Of a DNA stretch of 64,000 nt, positions 18,684-29,101 are shown piece by piece. Position 1 is the first letter of the stretch. Each line of letters starts with the position of its first letter. A program made the position numbers and the translations under genes. The notes under the pieces were generated by a model. The model was not told where the DNA came from. It did no database searches and worked only from the letters and a program-made list of their open reading frames with translations. The stretch is from Bacteroidota bacterium (GTDB taxonomy: Bacteria > Bacteroidota > Bacteroidia > UKL13-3), in the NCBI GenBank assembly GCA_027482225.1, contig JAIXWD010000005.1, forward strand, positions 64,957 to 128,956, given 5' to 3'.

Positions 18684-19754
18684 TTAGGCATCTAAAATAG
18701 CCAATAATTTTTCGGTGCTTTTTAAACCATGTCCGCTAAATAATGTTACCCAAGTTTCGCCTTCAACTATTGCCTGTGCCTTCATTAAGCCAGCAATTGT
18801 AGCTGCGCTTGTGGGTTCGATGTAAAACCCTTTAGAATTACACAACTTCAAGGCAGCAATAATCTCATTATCACTAACTGTTAAAAAAACCCCTTGTGTT
18901 TTATTAACAGCACTTATCATTTCTTTACCTCTTATTGGTTTGGAAATGGCAATACCTTCGGCCAATGTATGGCCACTATTTACTTTTACAGGTTCGTTTA
19001 AACCTTGTTTCCAGGCTTCATAAAGTGGTGCACAATATGCTGATTGCACCGCAACTATTTTAGGCATTTGGGTAATTACATTGCTATCAAACAAATGTTT
19101 AAACCCCATATAACAACCAAGTATCAGCGTTCCATTTCCTGCTGGTAATACAACAACATCGGGCGCTTTCCAACCCAATTGTTCGCATACTTCATAGGCA
19201 AATGTTTTGGTGCCTTGTAAAAAATATGGATTGTAACAATGACTAGCATAATAGGATTTTTGTGCGGCCAATAGTGCTGCTGCGGCAGTGGCTTGTCTAT
19301 CCCCATCAACCAAAACTAAGTTTGCACCATAAGCACGAACCTGCGCCAACTTTGCACTACTGGTATCCGCAGGAACATAGATATCGCAGCCAATTCCGGC
19401 ATTTGCAGCGTATGCAGCAATTGAGCAACCCGCATTTCCACTACTATCTTGCACTACATGCCTTACACCAATTTTTTTGGCATAACTCATCAACACACTT
19501 GCTCCTCTATCTTTGTAGGAACCTGTAGGAAACAACTGCTCTTGTTTTACAAAAACTTGCTTGCCAAACAATTCAATTTGCAACAATGGCGTAAACCCCT
19601 CCCCTAAAGATACGGCATCTTTATAATCAACTGGCAAAAAATGATGATAACGCCACATACCACCAATGTTACCATTAACCAAATTAACATAAAATAAATC
19701 TGAGTTAAATGACTCATTATTATAAGATTTAAATGTATTTTGCTCTAAGTTCAT
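18684..19754 (-). CDS. PLP-dependent threonine synthase-family enzyme
   Basis: PTGSYKDRG has the lysine-containing PLP motif. NPYFLQGTKTFAYEVCEQLGWKAPDVVVLPAGNG aligns with the central region of ThrC. Confidence 0.65.
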   Translation of the reverse strand: MNLEQNTFKSYNNESFNSDLFYVNLVNGNIGGMWRYHHFLPVDYKDAVSLGEGFTPLLQIELFGKQVFVKQEQLFPTGSYKDRGASVLMSYAKKIGVRHVVQDSSGNAGCSIAAYAANAGIGCDIYVPADTSSAKLAQVRAYGANLVLVDGDRQATAAAALLAAQKSYYASHCYNPYFLQGTKTFAYEVCEQLGWKAPDVVVLPAGNGTLILGCYMGFKHLFDSNVITQMPKIVAVQSAYCAPLYEAWKQGLNEPVKVNSGHTLAEGIAISKPIRGKEMISAVNKTQGVFLTVSDNEIIAALKLCNSKGFYIEPTSAATIAGLMKAQAIVEGETWVTLFSGHGLKSTEKLLAILDA

Positions 19755-19911
19755 TTAATTGCCGTGGTAACTAATGATGAACAGCAATAATAACTAAAAA
19801 CAAACGTCTTAAATTGTTCTTAAATTAGATTCTTAAGAAAAAATTAAGTGGATATTATTGTAAGTTTGATTTGTATTTAGGCCGAAATAAAGTCACGTTT
19901 AAAATAATTAC

Positions 19912-22900
19912 ATGAGTATGAATAAACCAATTACTATATTTAAAAGAGTTTCACTCTTGCTTTTGCTAACACTAGCAATGTTATTGAGTAACTCTTCTAC
20001 CTATGCCACACACGTTGTTGGAGGCGATGTAGAGTATGAGTGCACCGGGCCACGTATATGGAAAATGAGGTTAACTATTTACCGTTTTTGCAATGGTGCA
20101 GCCCTTTGTTCAAATATGGGATGTACTGCTCCCATGACAGCTAGACCAAATACAACACTAAATCCGGCAGGTTGTGTGGCTAACCCAAGCACCGTGCCTT
20201 TAACTTTATCTTTAGTAAAAGTTGAAGACATTGGTAAGGCAAACGTGGCATTGTGTGGTAATTTAGCAAAAAATGGTTGTAATAACCTTGGGCAAGTTAC
20301 CCCAGGTCCTTACAACCCATCAATTGAAAAATATGTATTTGAGGGCACTTTAAATTTAAGTATGCCATCCCTAAACAATAGCAACTGCGCGTATTGGGAT
20401 GTGTTTTGGGAACTTTGCTGCCGCAATGATAATATTTGGAACTTAGCAGGTTCTGGAGGGCAGTCATTTAGAATTGGAGCAACTATTAATATATTTAATC
20501 GTTCACAAAACCCATGCAAAAACAATTCACCTGTATTTAAAGAGGAGCCCGTTGCCACATTATGCTCGGGACAAGAATATGTATTTAACATGGGAGCACT
20601 AGATGTTGATGATGACTCCCTAACTTATGAAATTTCACCCTCTATACAACAAGGAGGTGGTTTAGTGAACTACCAACCACCAGGCAGTGCCAATTATCCA
20701 TTTCCCTTAAATTCTACCAAAGCTCCACATGTTAATTTCCCTCAACCAAATGGGCCTTATGTAGTAATAGATTCTGTTAATGGTGACATCAGCTTAAATG
20801 CATTGAATAATACTACAGGCTTTATATACGGAAACCTGAATGTACGAGTCAAGCAATGGTCTTATGATGCAAATGGAGTGCCCGTTTTAGTTGGTATTAC
20901 ACAGCGAGATTTACAATTGTATGTTTTTAACTGTCCCGGTAATAATCCACCTCGCCTAGCCACAATTCCGTCTGGGCCAAACAATAAACCCATTTATGAT
21001 TATGCGGTTTGTGCAGGCGAACAGCTTTGTTTTACTGTAATAGCCAAAGATACAGATGTTTACCCACTTATTCCGAGGTATGACACCACCTTCATGAAAT
21101 GGAACGAAGGTATAGTTAGGCCAGGTAAACTTACATTTCAGCCTACCTACCCTGTTGGGGCTGGCTTACCTCGTCCAAGAGAAGACTCTTGGCAATTTTG
21201 TTGGCAAACAGAAGAAAGTGATGGAAGAACATTACCTTATTATTTTACCGTTACAGGTGCTGATAAATTCTGTCCAAATGTTGGTCGCGTAACACGTTCT
21301 TTTAGTATACGGGTTTTACAAACACCAAAAGCAGATGGTGTGAAGCAAGATTTATTTTGTGGTAGATGGATATATCGGGTACGAAAAACGGAAGTTAAAC
21401 AAACCTTCGCCTCAGCCTCTATGAGGATTGCTGTAAATCCTTTCGACTATAATTTTTCAGGAGGATTTAGATCAATACCTTTAAGAGCTCTTAATCCAGG
21501 ACCTAACGCTACAGGACCAATAACCGATCCTAGGCCAATTTTTATTGATACATTTACTTATACCAGAGGTGGCAAGTACTTGGTACAGTTTACAGTTTCT
21601 ACACCGGGTTTTACAGCAGGGCAGTTTTGTACAAAAGTATATACTGATACCATAACAGTAGATACGCCAGTGGTTGTAAATGTTAAAGATACTTTTACTT
21701 GTAAAGGCACAGTTATAAACCTAAAATCAGAGGGTAAATTCGGTGTAGCACCCTATACTTATACATGGTATCGCAACTCACGAACAAACGCACCTGTAAA
21801 AGGCCCAATACAAAACAATGGTAATAACTACGATGCACCAGATACTTCAAATACTAAATATATAGTAGAAATAAGAGACTTGCGGGGTTGTAGATTTTTT
21901 GATAGTACAGTTTTAGACATAAAACAACTGCCCATACCACGATTTAATCCTGATACTGCCCGTATATGTGCAGGTCAATCATTTACGCTAAATGCGGGGA
22001 ACAATAATGGTAACATTGCTTCTTACACTTGGTTTAAAAATAACATTTTAGAAGCCAATGATTCGGTGCAATCTGTTGTTAAAAAAGATTCTGGAACTTA
22101 TGTGCTACTTATGGTTGATACATTTGGTTGTAGAATGCGCGACACGTTTAATTTACGAGTGAATTTACCTATTGTGGCAAATGCGGGAACTGATACTTCT
22201 GTTTGTCCGAGAGATACTGTTGATTTAATAGCAAGGGGCGGATATAAATATAAATGGGATAGAATTGCAGGCCCAACTTTATTTAATGTACAAGCAAAAG
22301 GCTATTCGTCAACATACAGAGCGGCACCAAATGTTACAACAGATTATGTCGTAACCGCGTATTTTTCTTTTCCAGATACAGCCTCAAGCTACTTAGAGTG
22401 TAGCAACACCGATACGGTAAGGGTTATAGCAAGGCCGTTACCTAATTTATCGCCAACGCAACCTCAAAATCTTTGTAGAAGCGAGAAAGAATTAGTTTTG
22501 CCATTTAGATTGGTAACACCAGCCAACCAACAAGGTGGTACTGGTGGATGGGCTTTTGCTAACGCACCAGGATCATTATCTGTTACGGGTAATACTACTA
22601 TGTTAAGAGTAGATAGCTTGCCTAACTTACCTAGGGATACATTTTACGGAACCATGCAAACACAAATTGCTGGAGCAAGTAGAAATTATTACCTCAAATA
22701 TGCATACCGAGGACCCGCAGAACAAGGTGCTTGTTTAAGAGAAGACTCTACGTTAATTCGTGTTTTTTCATTGCCAAAAACATCGGCAGGTTCTGATACA
22801 TCAGTATGTATTAATAGAGTTGGTACATATTCTTTAAAATTTGCAAATCATAAGCATAGTCCACAAGACCCATCAGGTAAAGTAGGTATTTGGTCTATTT

Positions 22901-24813
22901 CACAAGGAGCAGGTTTAGTTACAACAATAGAAAATGCCAATACAACCAGTTTCTCATACGATCCAAGGCTTCCAGGAGTTAACTCAGCTCCAACGCCAAA
23001 TGTATTAAGATATACTTACACCATTAATTACAACTTACCTCTACCGTCAACCGGAGTGAAAAGTTGTGTAAACGTTGATTCAATGAATATGCTTGTTGTA
23101 CCTACACCTGAAGTTGATGCTGGTACAAACTTTGCAATTTGTAAAAATGAACCCATTTTCCCGGTAGCTGCAAAATCTGGAGCAACCACAAATTCTACCA
23201 TACCAGGTTCAACTTTTTGGAGTTTTGCACCAGGACAATTACCAAATAATATGAATAATGCTATTGTAAGTAAACTTAACTTCGATGCGCAAAATCCTAT
23301 AGTACCAATTAATGGAGGTGTTTGGAAATTGTATTACACAGATGATGCAACGGGATGCTCTGCACGCGATAGTGTAAATATGGAAATCATAAAACTTCCA
23401 GAAGTGGAGATTACATACGCAACAGCAGGAACAAATGATTCCATTTGTAAAACAGCCTCTGGTATTCAGTTTTCAGGAACTGCTACACCAACAGGCGGTA
23501 TTGGTGTGTATTCTGGAGTTGGCGTTACAGCATCGGGACTATTTAATGTGCAAGACCCAATTGTGACTCCACAAAATAGCTATACCGCATATTATAATTA
23601 CTCAATAACAAAATTAAGTACCACTTGTACAGGATATGATTCTATCATAACTTTTGTACAACAACCACCATCATTATCTTTGGGAAATGTTTTGCCAAAA
23701 TGTGATTATGATACCATTCCATTTGATTTATTAGCTAATATTTCGCCAACATTTTATGGTGTAAAATGGACACACGATGGAACTGGTACTTTTGATGATG
23801 ATGCATCATTAACACCAAAATATAGATTTACAAAACCAGGCGATTCAGACAAACAATTTGTAATAGCAACGGCAAGTACAACAAATAACGGAGTGTGTGC
23901 AGCAACCACAGCAAATGTGCGTTTAGATATTAATCCTAAACCAAATCCTAATTACACTTGCGATAGTTGTATAGGTTGTGCTCCACTTACCTCATACTTA
24001 GCTGCCGAGGGCTCTGGTGTAGGAGGTAGTACATACAATTGGTACCTGATTAACGGAACCACTGAAACCCAATTTGCGCCTAGTGATTCTGCGATTGTTA
24101 GCTCACTTGCTACATATGGCAAAAGAACCATAAAACTAAAAGTAGTTACACCTGCTGGTTGTACGTCAGAGTTTATTGATACCATAACGGTATACGATGT
24201 TCCTAAAGCATCTTTCTATACCAATCCCGAGAGAACAACAATTGCTAAACCTGAGTTTGATTTTTTCAATACTTCTACTGTAGACGATAACCAAACCATG
24301 AAGTACAAATGGAATTTTGGACCTGATCCACAATTCTCAGGTTCAGGTAACGGACCAGACAGAATTCTTGACGAAAAAGATCCTCAAAATATAGCTTTTG
24401 ATACTGTGTCATGCGATATACTAACATACTTAACTGTTACAACTACTCCAGGTGGTTGTGTTGATACAGCTATTAGACCAGTATGTATCGAACCAGACAT
24501 TACTATATTCATACCATCTGCATTTAGGCCTGTGCCAGGCGCTAACTCTGCACCATGCGTAGATCCAACCTTCTCTGATTGTAATGACAAATTCCGCGTA
24601 TATGCAGCAGGATTTAAAACAATTGAAGTATATGTGTTTAACCGTTGGGGACAACAGGTGTTCTCAACTATAAACCCTGATATTGGTTGGAATGGTTTAA
24701 TAAGTAATACAGGAGCTGAATGCCCACAAGATGTTTACATTTACCAAATAAATGCAACCAGCTTTAATGGCAAAAAATATACCTACTCAGGATCTATTAC
24801 GTTATTAAGATAA
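19912..24813 (+). CDS. Large secreted Cys-rich adhesin-like protein with a type-B T9SS C-terminal sorting domain (gliding-motility-associated CTD)
   Basis: A signal peptide is followed by multiple roughly 90-aa Ig-like repeats, each with a conserved Cys. The C-terminus PSAFRP..NDKFRVYAAG..IEVYVFNRWGQQVF..GWNG...YIYQI matches the CHU_C/TIGR04131 type-B CTD pattern. Confidence 0.8.
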   Translation: MSMNKPITIFKRVSLLLLLTLAMLLSNSSTYATHVVGGDVEYECTGPRIWKMRLTIYRFCNGAALCSNMGCTAPMTARPNTTLNPAGCVANPSTVPLTLSLVKVEDIGKANVALCGNLAKNGCNNLGQVTPGPYNPSIEKYVFEGTLNLSMPSLNNSNCAYWDVFWELCCRNDNIWNLAGSGGQSFRIGATINIFNRSQNPCKNNSPVFKEEPVATLCSGQEYVFNMGALDVDDDSLTYEISPSIQQGGGLVNYQPPGSANYPFPLNSTKAPHVNFPQPNGPYVVIDSVNGDISLNALNNTTGFIYGNLNVRVKQWSYDANGVPVLVGITQRDLQLYVFNCPGNNPPRLATIPSGPNNKPIYDYAVCAGEQLCFTVIAKDTDVYPLIPRYDTTFMKWNEGIVRPGKLTFQPTYPVGAGLPRPREDSWQFCWQTEESDGRTLPYYFTVTGADKFCPNVGRVTRSFSIRVLQTPKADGVKQDLFCGRWIYRVRKTEVKQTFASASMRIAVNPFDYNFSGGFRSIPLRALNPGPNATGPITDPRPIFIDTFTYTRGGKYLVQFTVSTPGFTAGQFCTKVYTDTITVDTPVVVNVKDTFTCKGTVINLKSEGKFGVAPYTYTWYRNSRTNAPVKGPIQNNGNNYDAPDTSNTKYIVEIRDLRGCRFFDSTVLDIKQLPIPRFNPDTARICAGQSFTLNAGNNNGNIASYTWFKNNILEANDSVQSVVKKDSGTYVLLMVDTFGCRMRDTFNLRVNLPIVANAGTDTSVCPRDTVDLIARGGYKYKWDRIAGPTLFNVQAKGYSSTYRAAPNVTTDYVVTAYFSFPDTASSYLECSNTDTVRVIARPLPNLSPTQPQNLCRSEKELVLPFRLVTPANQQGGTGGWAFANAPGSLSVTGNTTMLRVDSLPNLPRDTFYGTMQTQIAGASRNYYLKYAYRGPAEQGACLREDSTLIRVFSLPKTSAGSDTSVCINRVGTYSLKFANHKHSPQDPSGKVGIWSISQGAGLVTTIENANTTSFSYDPRLPGVNSAPTPNVLRYTYTINYNLPLPSTGVKSCVNVDSMNMLVVPTPEVDAGTNFAICKNEPIFPVAAKSGATTNSTIPGSTFWSFAPGQLPNNMNNAIVSKLNFDAQNPIVPINGGVWKLYYTDDATGCSARDSVNMEIIKLPEVEITYATAGTNDSICKTASGIQFSGTATPTGGIGVYSGVGVTASGLFNVQDPIVTPQNSYTAYYNYSITKLSTTCTGYDSIITFVQQPPSLSLGNVLPKCDYDTIPFDLLANISPTFYGVKWTHDGTGTFDDDASLTPKYRFTKPGDSDKQFVIATASTTNNGVCAATTANVRLDINPKPNPNYTCDSCIGCAPLTSYLAAEGSGVGGSTYNWYLINGTTETQFAPSDSAIVSSLATYGKRTIKLKVVTPAGCTSEFIDTITVYDVPKASFYTNPERTTIAKPEFDFFNTSTVDDNQTMKYKWNFGPDPQFSGSGNGPDRILDEKDPQNIAFDTVSCDILTYLTVTTTPGGCVDTAIRPVCIEPDITIFIPSAFRPVPGANSAPCVDPTFSDCNDKFRVYAAGFKTIEVYVFNRWGQQVFSTINPDIGWNGLISNTGAECPQDVYIYQINATSFNGKKYTYSGSITLLR

Positions 24814-24837
24814 GTATAGATAGAAATATTAAATATT

Positions 24838-24869
24838 AAATCGCGCGGCCAAGGCCGCGCGATTTTTTT
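24838..24869 (+). terminator. Strong GC-rich rho-independent terminator
   Basis: Perfect palindrome AAATCGCGCGGCC-aa-GGCCGCGCGATTT followed by a T7 run. Confidence 0.85.
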
Positions 24870-24920
24870 GCTATTAAAATAGAAATATCAAATTATCATT
24901 CAATTTTATATATTGCCTAC

Positions 24921-27857
24921 ATGAGGTTATTAACTTTATACGCAACAATATTGCTCTTACCTTTTGCATTAAAAGCACAAACAACTTTTAATGTAAATGG
25001 CCCCGTAAATCCATTGATGGAATATACGGCATATACACATGCAACTGTATTCATCAACCCAAACACCGTTTTAAATAATGCAACCATATTAGTAAAACAA
25101 GGAAAAGTTGAAAGCGTAACAACCGATGGAACAGTTCCTAAAAATGCCATTGAAGTAAACTTAAGAGGTAAAACAGTTTATCCTTCGTTTATTGATTTGT
25201 ATAGTAATTATGGTGTAAACATGCCTCAACCAATAAAAAATAAAAGCTTTGGTGAGCAGTTTAATAGCAACAAAGCTGGAGCCTATGCTTGGAACGAGGC
25301 ATTAAAACCTGAAGTAAACGCTGCTGCTTATTTTAACTACAACCAAAATGAAGCAAGCGAATTAAGAAGTAAAGGTTTTGCGGTAGTGTTAACAGGCTTA
25401 CAAGACGGAATTTGTAGAGGAACAACATCACTTGTAACTACATCACAACAAGAACCACATTATAACATTTTAAAAAATAATGTGACTTCATCGTTCAGTT
25501 TTAGTAAAGGAACATCAGCACAACCTTACCCATCTTCGTTAATGGGAAGTGTCGCTCTTCTTCGTCAAACTTATTATGATGAAATTTGGTACAACAAACA
25601 AGAAAAGGAAAAAAACTTATCGTTGGTGGCATTTGGTAATTTAGTAAAATTGCCTGCAATTTTTGATGCAGGAAATAAACAAAACGTACTTCGTGCAGCG
25701 GTAATTGCAAAGGAGTTTAATGCAAATTATATCATAAAAACTAATGGTGATGATTACCAACGTTTGCAAGAAATTAAACAAAATAATTTTCCATTAATAG
25801 TTCCGGTTAATTTTCCTAAGGCCTACAAAATTAATGATGCATTTGATGCCGATCTTATATCAACAAGCGATTTAAAACATTGGGAATTGGCTCCTGCCAA
25901 CTTGTACTTCTTATGGAAAAACAACATCAAATTTTGCATTACATCACAAGGATGTAAAGAACAAGAATTCTTAAATAATTTACGTAAAGCTGTAAGTTAT
26001 GGCTTACCGAAAAACGAGGCATTAAAAGCACTTACGCAAACACCTGCATCTTTAATAGGTGCAAGCAATTTGGGCGAAATTAAAAAAGATGCATTGGCTA
26101 ACTTTATCATTTGTAATGGTGATTTATTTGATGAGGAAACTGACATTTTAGAAATGGTTATTCAAGGAAAACGCCATACTATAAGTTATGGAAACAGCCT
26201 TAAGTTGGCTGATGAATATAAAATAAATAGCAATATTACCTTAATAATTAAAAAACAATTAGCCATAATAGATGCCGATACTTTTAAATTAAAAAATAGT
26301 TTACAAGGTGCCGTTGCTCACTTTATTTTAGATGGAAAATCGCTAATTACTTACCAAGCAAGTGCCACTTTGGTTGATAGCAGCAACTATCCGTACACCA
26401 TCAAAAAACTTACCGGATTTACTAAGAATACAGATAAGAGTATTAGCTTATGGGACGCCAATGCCTCATCAAACCCTAACAAAAAGAAAGAAAATAACAC
26501 CACCACAAAATTGTTGAGTGATAGTTTAATTTGGTTTCCGTTTAACGATTTTGGTAGTAATACATTAGCTAAACAACAAAAAGTACTATTTAAAAATGCT
26601 ACTGTTTGGACCAATGAGGAACTAGGCATATCATCCCAAACAGATGTAATAATTGCTGATGGAAAAATTACTGCAGTAGGTAAAAATTTATCATGTAAAG
26701 ATTGCGAAGTAATTGATGCCGCAGGCAAACATTTAACCAATGGTATAATTGATGAGCACTCTCACATTGCCATAACACATGGCGTTAACGAAGGTACACA
26801 AGCAGTTACCAGTGAAGTTAGAATTGGTGATGCTGTAAATGCAGATGATATTAATATTTACCGACAGCTTGCCGGTGGAGTTATTGCAGCGCAATTGCTA
26901 CATGGTAGCGCAAATCCTATTGGCGGACAAAGTGCTTTGATTAAGTTACGTTGGGGTTTAGCTCCCGAAAAAATGAAGATAGAAAATGCACCAGGCTACA
27001 TCAAATTTGCTTTAGGTGAAAACGTAAAACAAGCCAATTGGGGCGATGGTGCAACAACCCGTTATCCGCAAACGCGCATGGGTGTTGAGCAAGTTTTTGT
27101 TGATGCATTTACACGTGCTAAAGAGTACGAACAAAAACTTAAAACAGATAAAACCACACGCAAGGATTTAGAGTTAGATGCATTGGTTGAAATATTAAAC
27201 AGTAAACGTTTTATTACTTGTCATAGCTACGTTCAAAGTGAAATAAATATGTTGATGCATGTAGCAGATACATTTGGATTTAGAGTAAATACATTTACAC
27301 ATATTTTAGAAGGTTATAAAGTAGCTGATAAAATGAAAAAACATGGTGTTAATGCCAGTACATTTGCCGATTGGTGGGCATATAAATATGAGGTTATTGA
27401 TGCGATACCACATAATGCTGCAATACTTAACCGAATGGGTGTTACTGTTGCTGTGAATAGTGATGATGCCGAAATGGGAAGAAGACTTAACCAAGAGGCC
27501 GCCAAAATTATAAAATACGGCAATGTAAGTGAAGAAGAAGCATGGAAAATGGTTACACTTAACCCTGCTAAAATGTTGCGTATTGAGAACCGCACAGGAA
27601 GTATTAAAGCGGGTAAAGATGCTGATTTGGTTTTATGGAATAACAACCCACTTAGTATATACGCAAAACCTGAAATGACTTATGTAGACGGAATTTGTTA
27701 TTACAGTTTAAGTAAAGACGAAAAACTCAGAAAACAAGTTTCGCAAACCAGAGCAAAACTAATTAGTGATATTTTACAAGCACAAAAAGATGGTGCCGAA
27801 TCGCAAATACATATATCAGAACTTGAACCTAACTACCACTGCCAAGATGAAGAATAA
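24921..27857 (+). CDS. Secreted two-domain amidohydrolase-family protein
   Basis: A signal peptide is followed by an N-terminal degenerate amidohydrolase-like domain. The C-terminal domain has a metal-binding HxH motif (DEHSHIAITHG). Confidence 0.75.
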   Translation: MRLLTLYATILLLPFALKAQTTFNVNGPVNPLMEYTAYTHATVFINPNTVLNNATILVKQGKVESVTTDGTVPKNAIEVNLRGKTVYPSFIDLYSNYGVNMPQPIKNKSFGEQFNSNKAGAYAWNEALKPEVNAAAYFNYNQNEASELRSKGFAVVLTGLQDGICRGTTSLVTTSQQEPHYNILKNNVTSSFSFSKGTSAQPYPSSLMGSVALLRQTYYDEIWYNKQEKEKNLSLVAFGNLVKLPAIFDAGNKQNVLRAAVIAKEFNANYIIKTNGDDYQRLQEIKQNNFPLIVPVNFPKAYKINDAFDADLISTSDLKHWELAPANLYFLWKNNIKFCITSQGCKEQEFLNNLRKAVSYGLPKNEALKALTQTPASLIGASNLGEIKKDALANFIICNGDLFDEETDILEMVIQGKRHTISYGNSLKLADEYKINSNITLIIKKQLAIIDADTFKLKNSLQGAVAHFILDGKSLITYQASATLVDSSNYPYTIKKLTGFTKNTDKSISLWDANASSNPNKKKENNTTTKLLSDSLIWFPFNDFGSNTLAKQQKVLFKNATVWTNEELGISSQTDVIIADGKITAVGKNLSCKDCEVIDAAGKHLTNGIIDEHSHIAITHGVNEGTQAVTSEVRIGDAVNADDINIYRQLAGGVIAAQLLHGSANPIGGQSALIKLRWGLAPEKMKIENAPGYIKFALGENVKQANWGDGATTRYPQTRMGVEQVFVDAFTRAKEYEQKLKTDKTTRKDLELDALVEILNSKRFITCHSYVQSEINMLMHVADTFGFRVNTFTHILEGYKVADKMKKHGVNASTFADWWAYKYEVIDAIPHNAAILNRMGVTVAVNSDDAEMGRRLNQEAAKIIKYGNVSEEEAWKMVTLNPAKMLRIENRTGSIKAGKDADLVLWNNNPLSIYAKPEMTYVDGICYYSLSKDEKLRKQVSQTRAKLISDILQAQKDGAESQIHISELEPNYHCQDEE

Positions 27858-29100
27858 CATATTTACGACATTATTGCTTTTGATATCTTTTTCAAGTATT
27901 AAAGCACAACAAATACCAGTTATTATTGTGGGTGGAACCGTACATATTGGGAATGGTAAAATAATAAACAACGGATACGTAGCTTTTGATAGCGGTATGT
28001 TTGTTTTTGTTGATAGCGTGATGCGCAACAGTTACAAAAATGCCACGATTATTGATGCAAAAGGTAAACACATTTATCCAGGTTTGTTTCTATTAAATAC
28101 CTATTTGGGTTTGAATGAAATTGATGCCGTTCGTGCCACTAGGGATTATCAAGAAACCGGAGAAATTAATCCTAATGTGCGTGCGTTAATTGCATATAAT
28201 ACTGATTCTAGGGTAGTGCCAACTGCCAAGTTTAATGGCATTACCTACTTGCAGGTTGTGCCGCAAGGCGGATTAGTTTCGGGTACATCATGTGTTGTAA
28301 AAACAGAAGCATACAATTGGGAGGATGCAGTTGTGAACGAAGACGGTATACATATGAATTGGCCAGAGGTAAACCATTATCAAAAAAATGAAGAGCAACA
28401 AAAACGTTTAGCTGATCAGCTTGTTAGTCTTAACACACTTATTGCTGAGGCAAGACAATATCAATACAAAAGCGTTACTAATAAAACAAACCTACGTTTA
28501 CAGGCCATGCAGGCCATTATTAATCAAACTAGGGTATTGTATGTGCATGCTCAATCAGCTAAAGCAATTTTAGAAACTATTGAGTTTATCAAACAAAATC
28601 AACCCCTAAAAGCTGTTATTGTAACTGGCAGCAACGCGCATTTAGTTATTGATGAATTGAAAACAGCCAACATACCAGTTATTATAAATCTAATTCACAG
28701 CTTACCTAACAGAAATCACCACGATATTGACCAACCTTTTAAAACAGTAGCACAATTATTTAACAAAGGCGTAACAGTATCTATTGGATTTAGCGGAAGT
28801 TGGGAAAGCCGTAATGTAATGTACACAGCCGGAACTTGTGCTGCATATGGTATTAACAAAGAACAAGCGCTACAACTAATTACCGAAAATGCTGCTAAAA
28901 TTACAGGTAACCAACAACAGTTAGGAACTATTGAAGCAGGTAAAAATGCCACTTTAATTATTAGCGAAGGTGATGTGTTAGATATGAAAGAAAGTAAACT
29001 TACCCATCTTTTTATAAATGGTGAAACTTGTGATTTAGAAAATTCTCAAACCGAACTTTATAAAAAATACAGCAAGCGATACGGAATTGAAGCTAAATAG
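27847..29100 (+). CDS. Amidohydrolase-family protein (degenerate, paralogous to the N-terminal half of the upstream gene)
   Basis: The ATG at 27847 starts the overlap sequence ATGAAGAATAA with the upstream stop. The signal peptide is MKNNIFTTLLLLISFSSIKAQ. The amidohydrolase N-terminal pattern (IIVGGTVHIGNGKII...AKGKHIYPGLF) is present. Confidence 0.7.
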   Translation: MKNNIFTTLLLLISFSSIKAQQIPVIIVGGTVHIGNGKIINNGYVAFDSGMFVFVDSVMRNSYKNATIIDAKGKHIYPGLFLLNTYLGLNEIDAVRATRDYQETGEINPNVRALIAYNTDSRVVPTAKFNGITYLQVVPQGGLVSGTSCVVKTEAYNWEDAVVNEDGIHMNWPEVNHYQKNEEQQKRLADQLVSLNTLIAEARQYQYKSVTNKTNLRLQAMQAIINQTRVLYVHAQSAKAILETIEFIKQNQPLKAVIVTGSNAHLVIDELKTANIPVIINLIHSLPNRNHHDIDQPFKTVAQLFNKGVTVSIGFSGSWESRNVMYTAGTCAAYGINKEQALQLITENAAKITGNQQQLGTIEAGKNATLIISEGDVLDMKESKLTHLFINGETCDLENSQTELYKKYSKRYGIEAK

Positions 29101-29101
29101 G

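Noticed and set aside
18684-19754. The PLP enzyme as a cysteine synthase (CysK/CysM) linked to bacillithiol synthesis
   Set aside because: The sequence aligns better with the threonine synthase subfamily (PTGSYKDRG..NPYFLQGTKTFAYEVCEQLG) than with CysK (which has a different lysine motif, SVKDR). The link to bshA is probably a coincidence of position.
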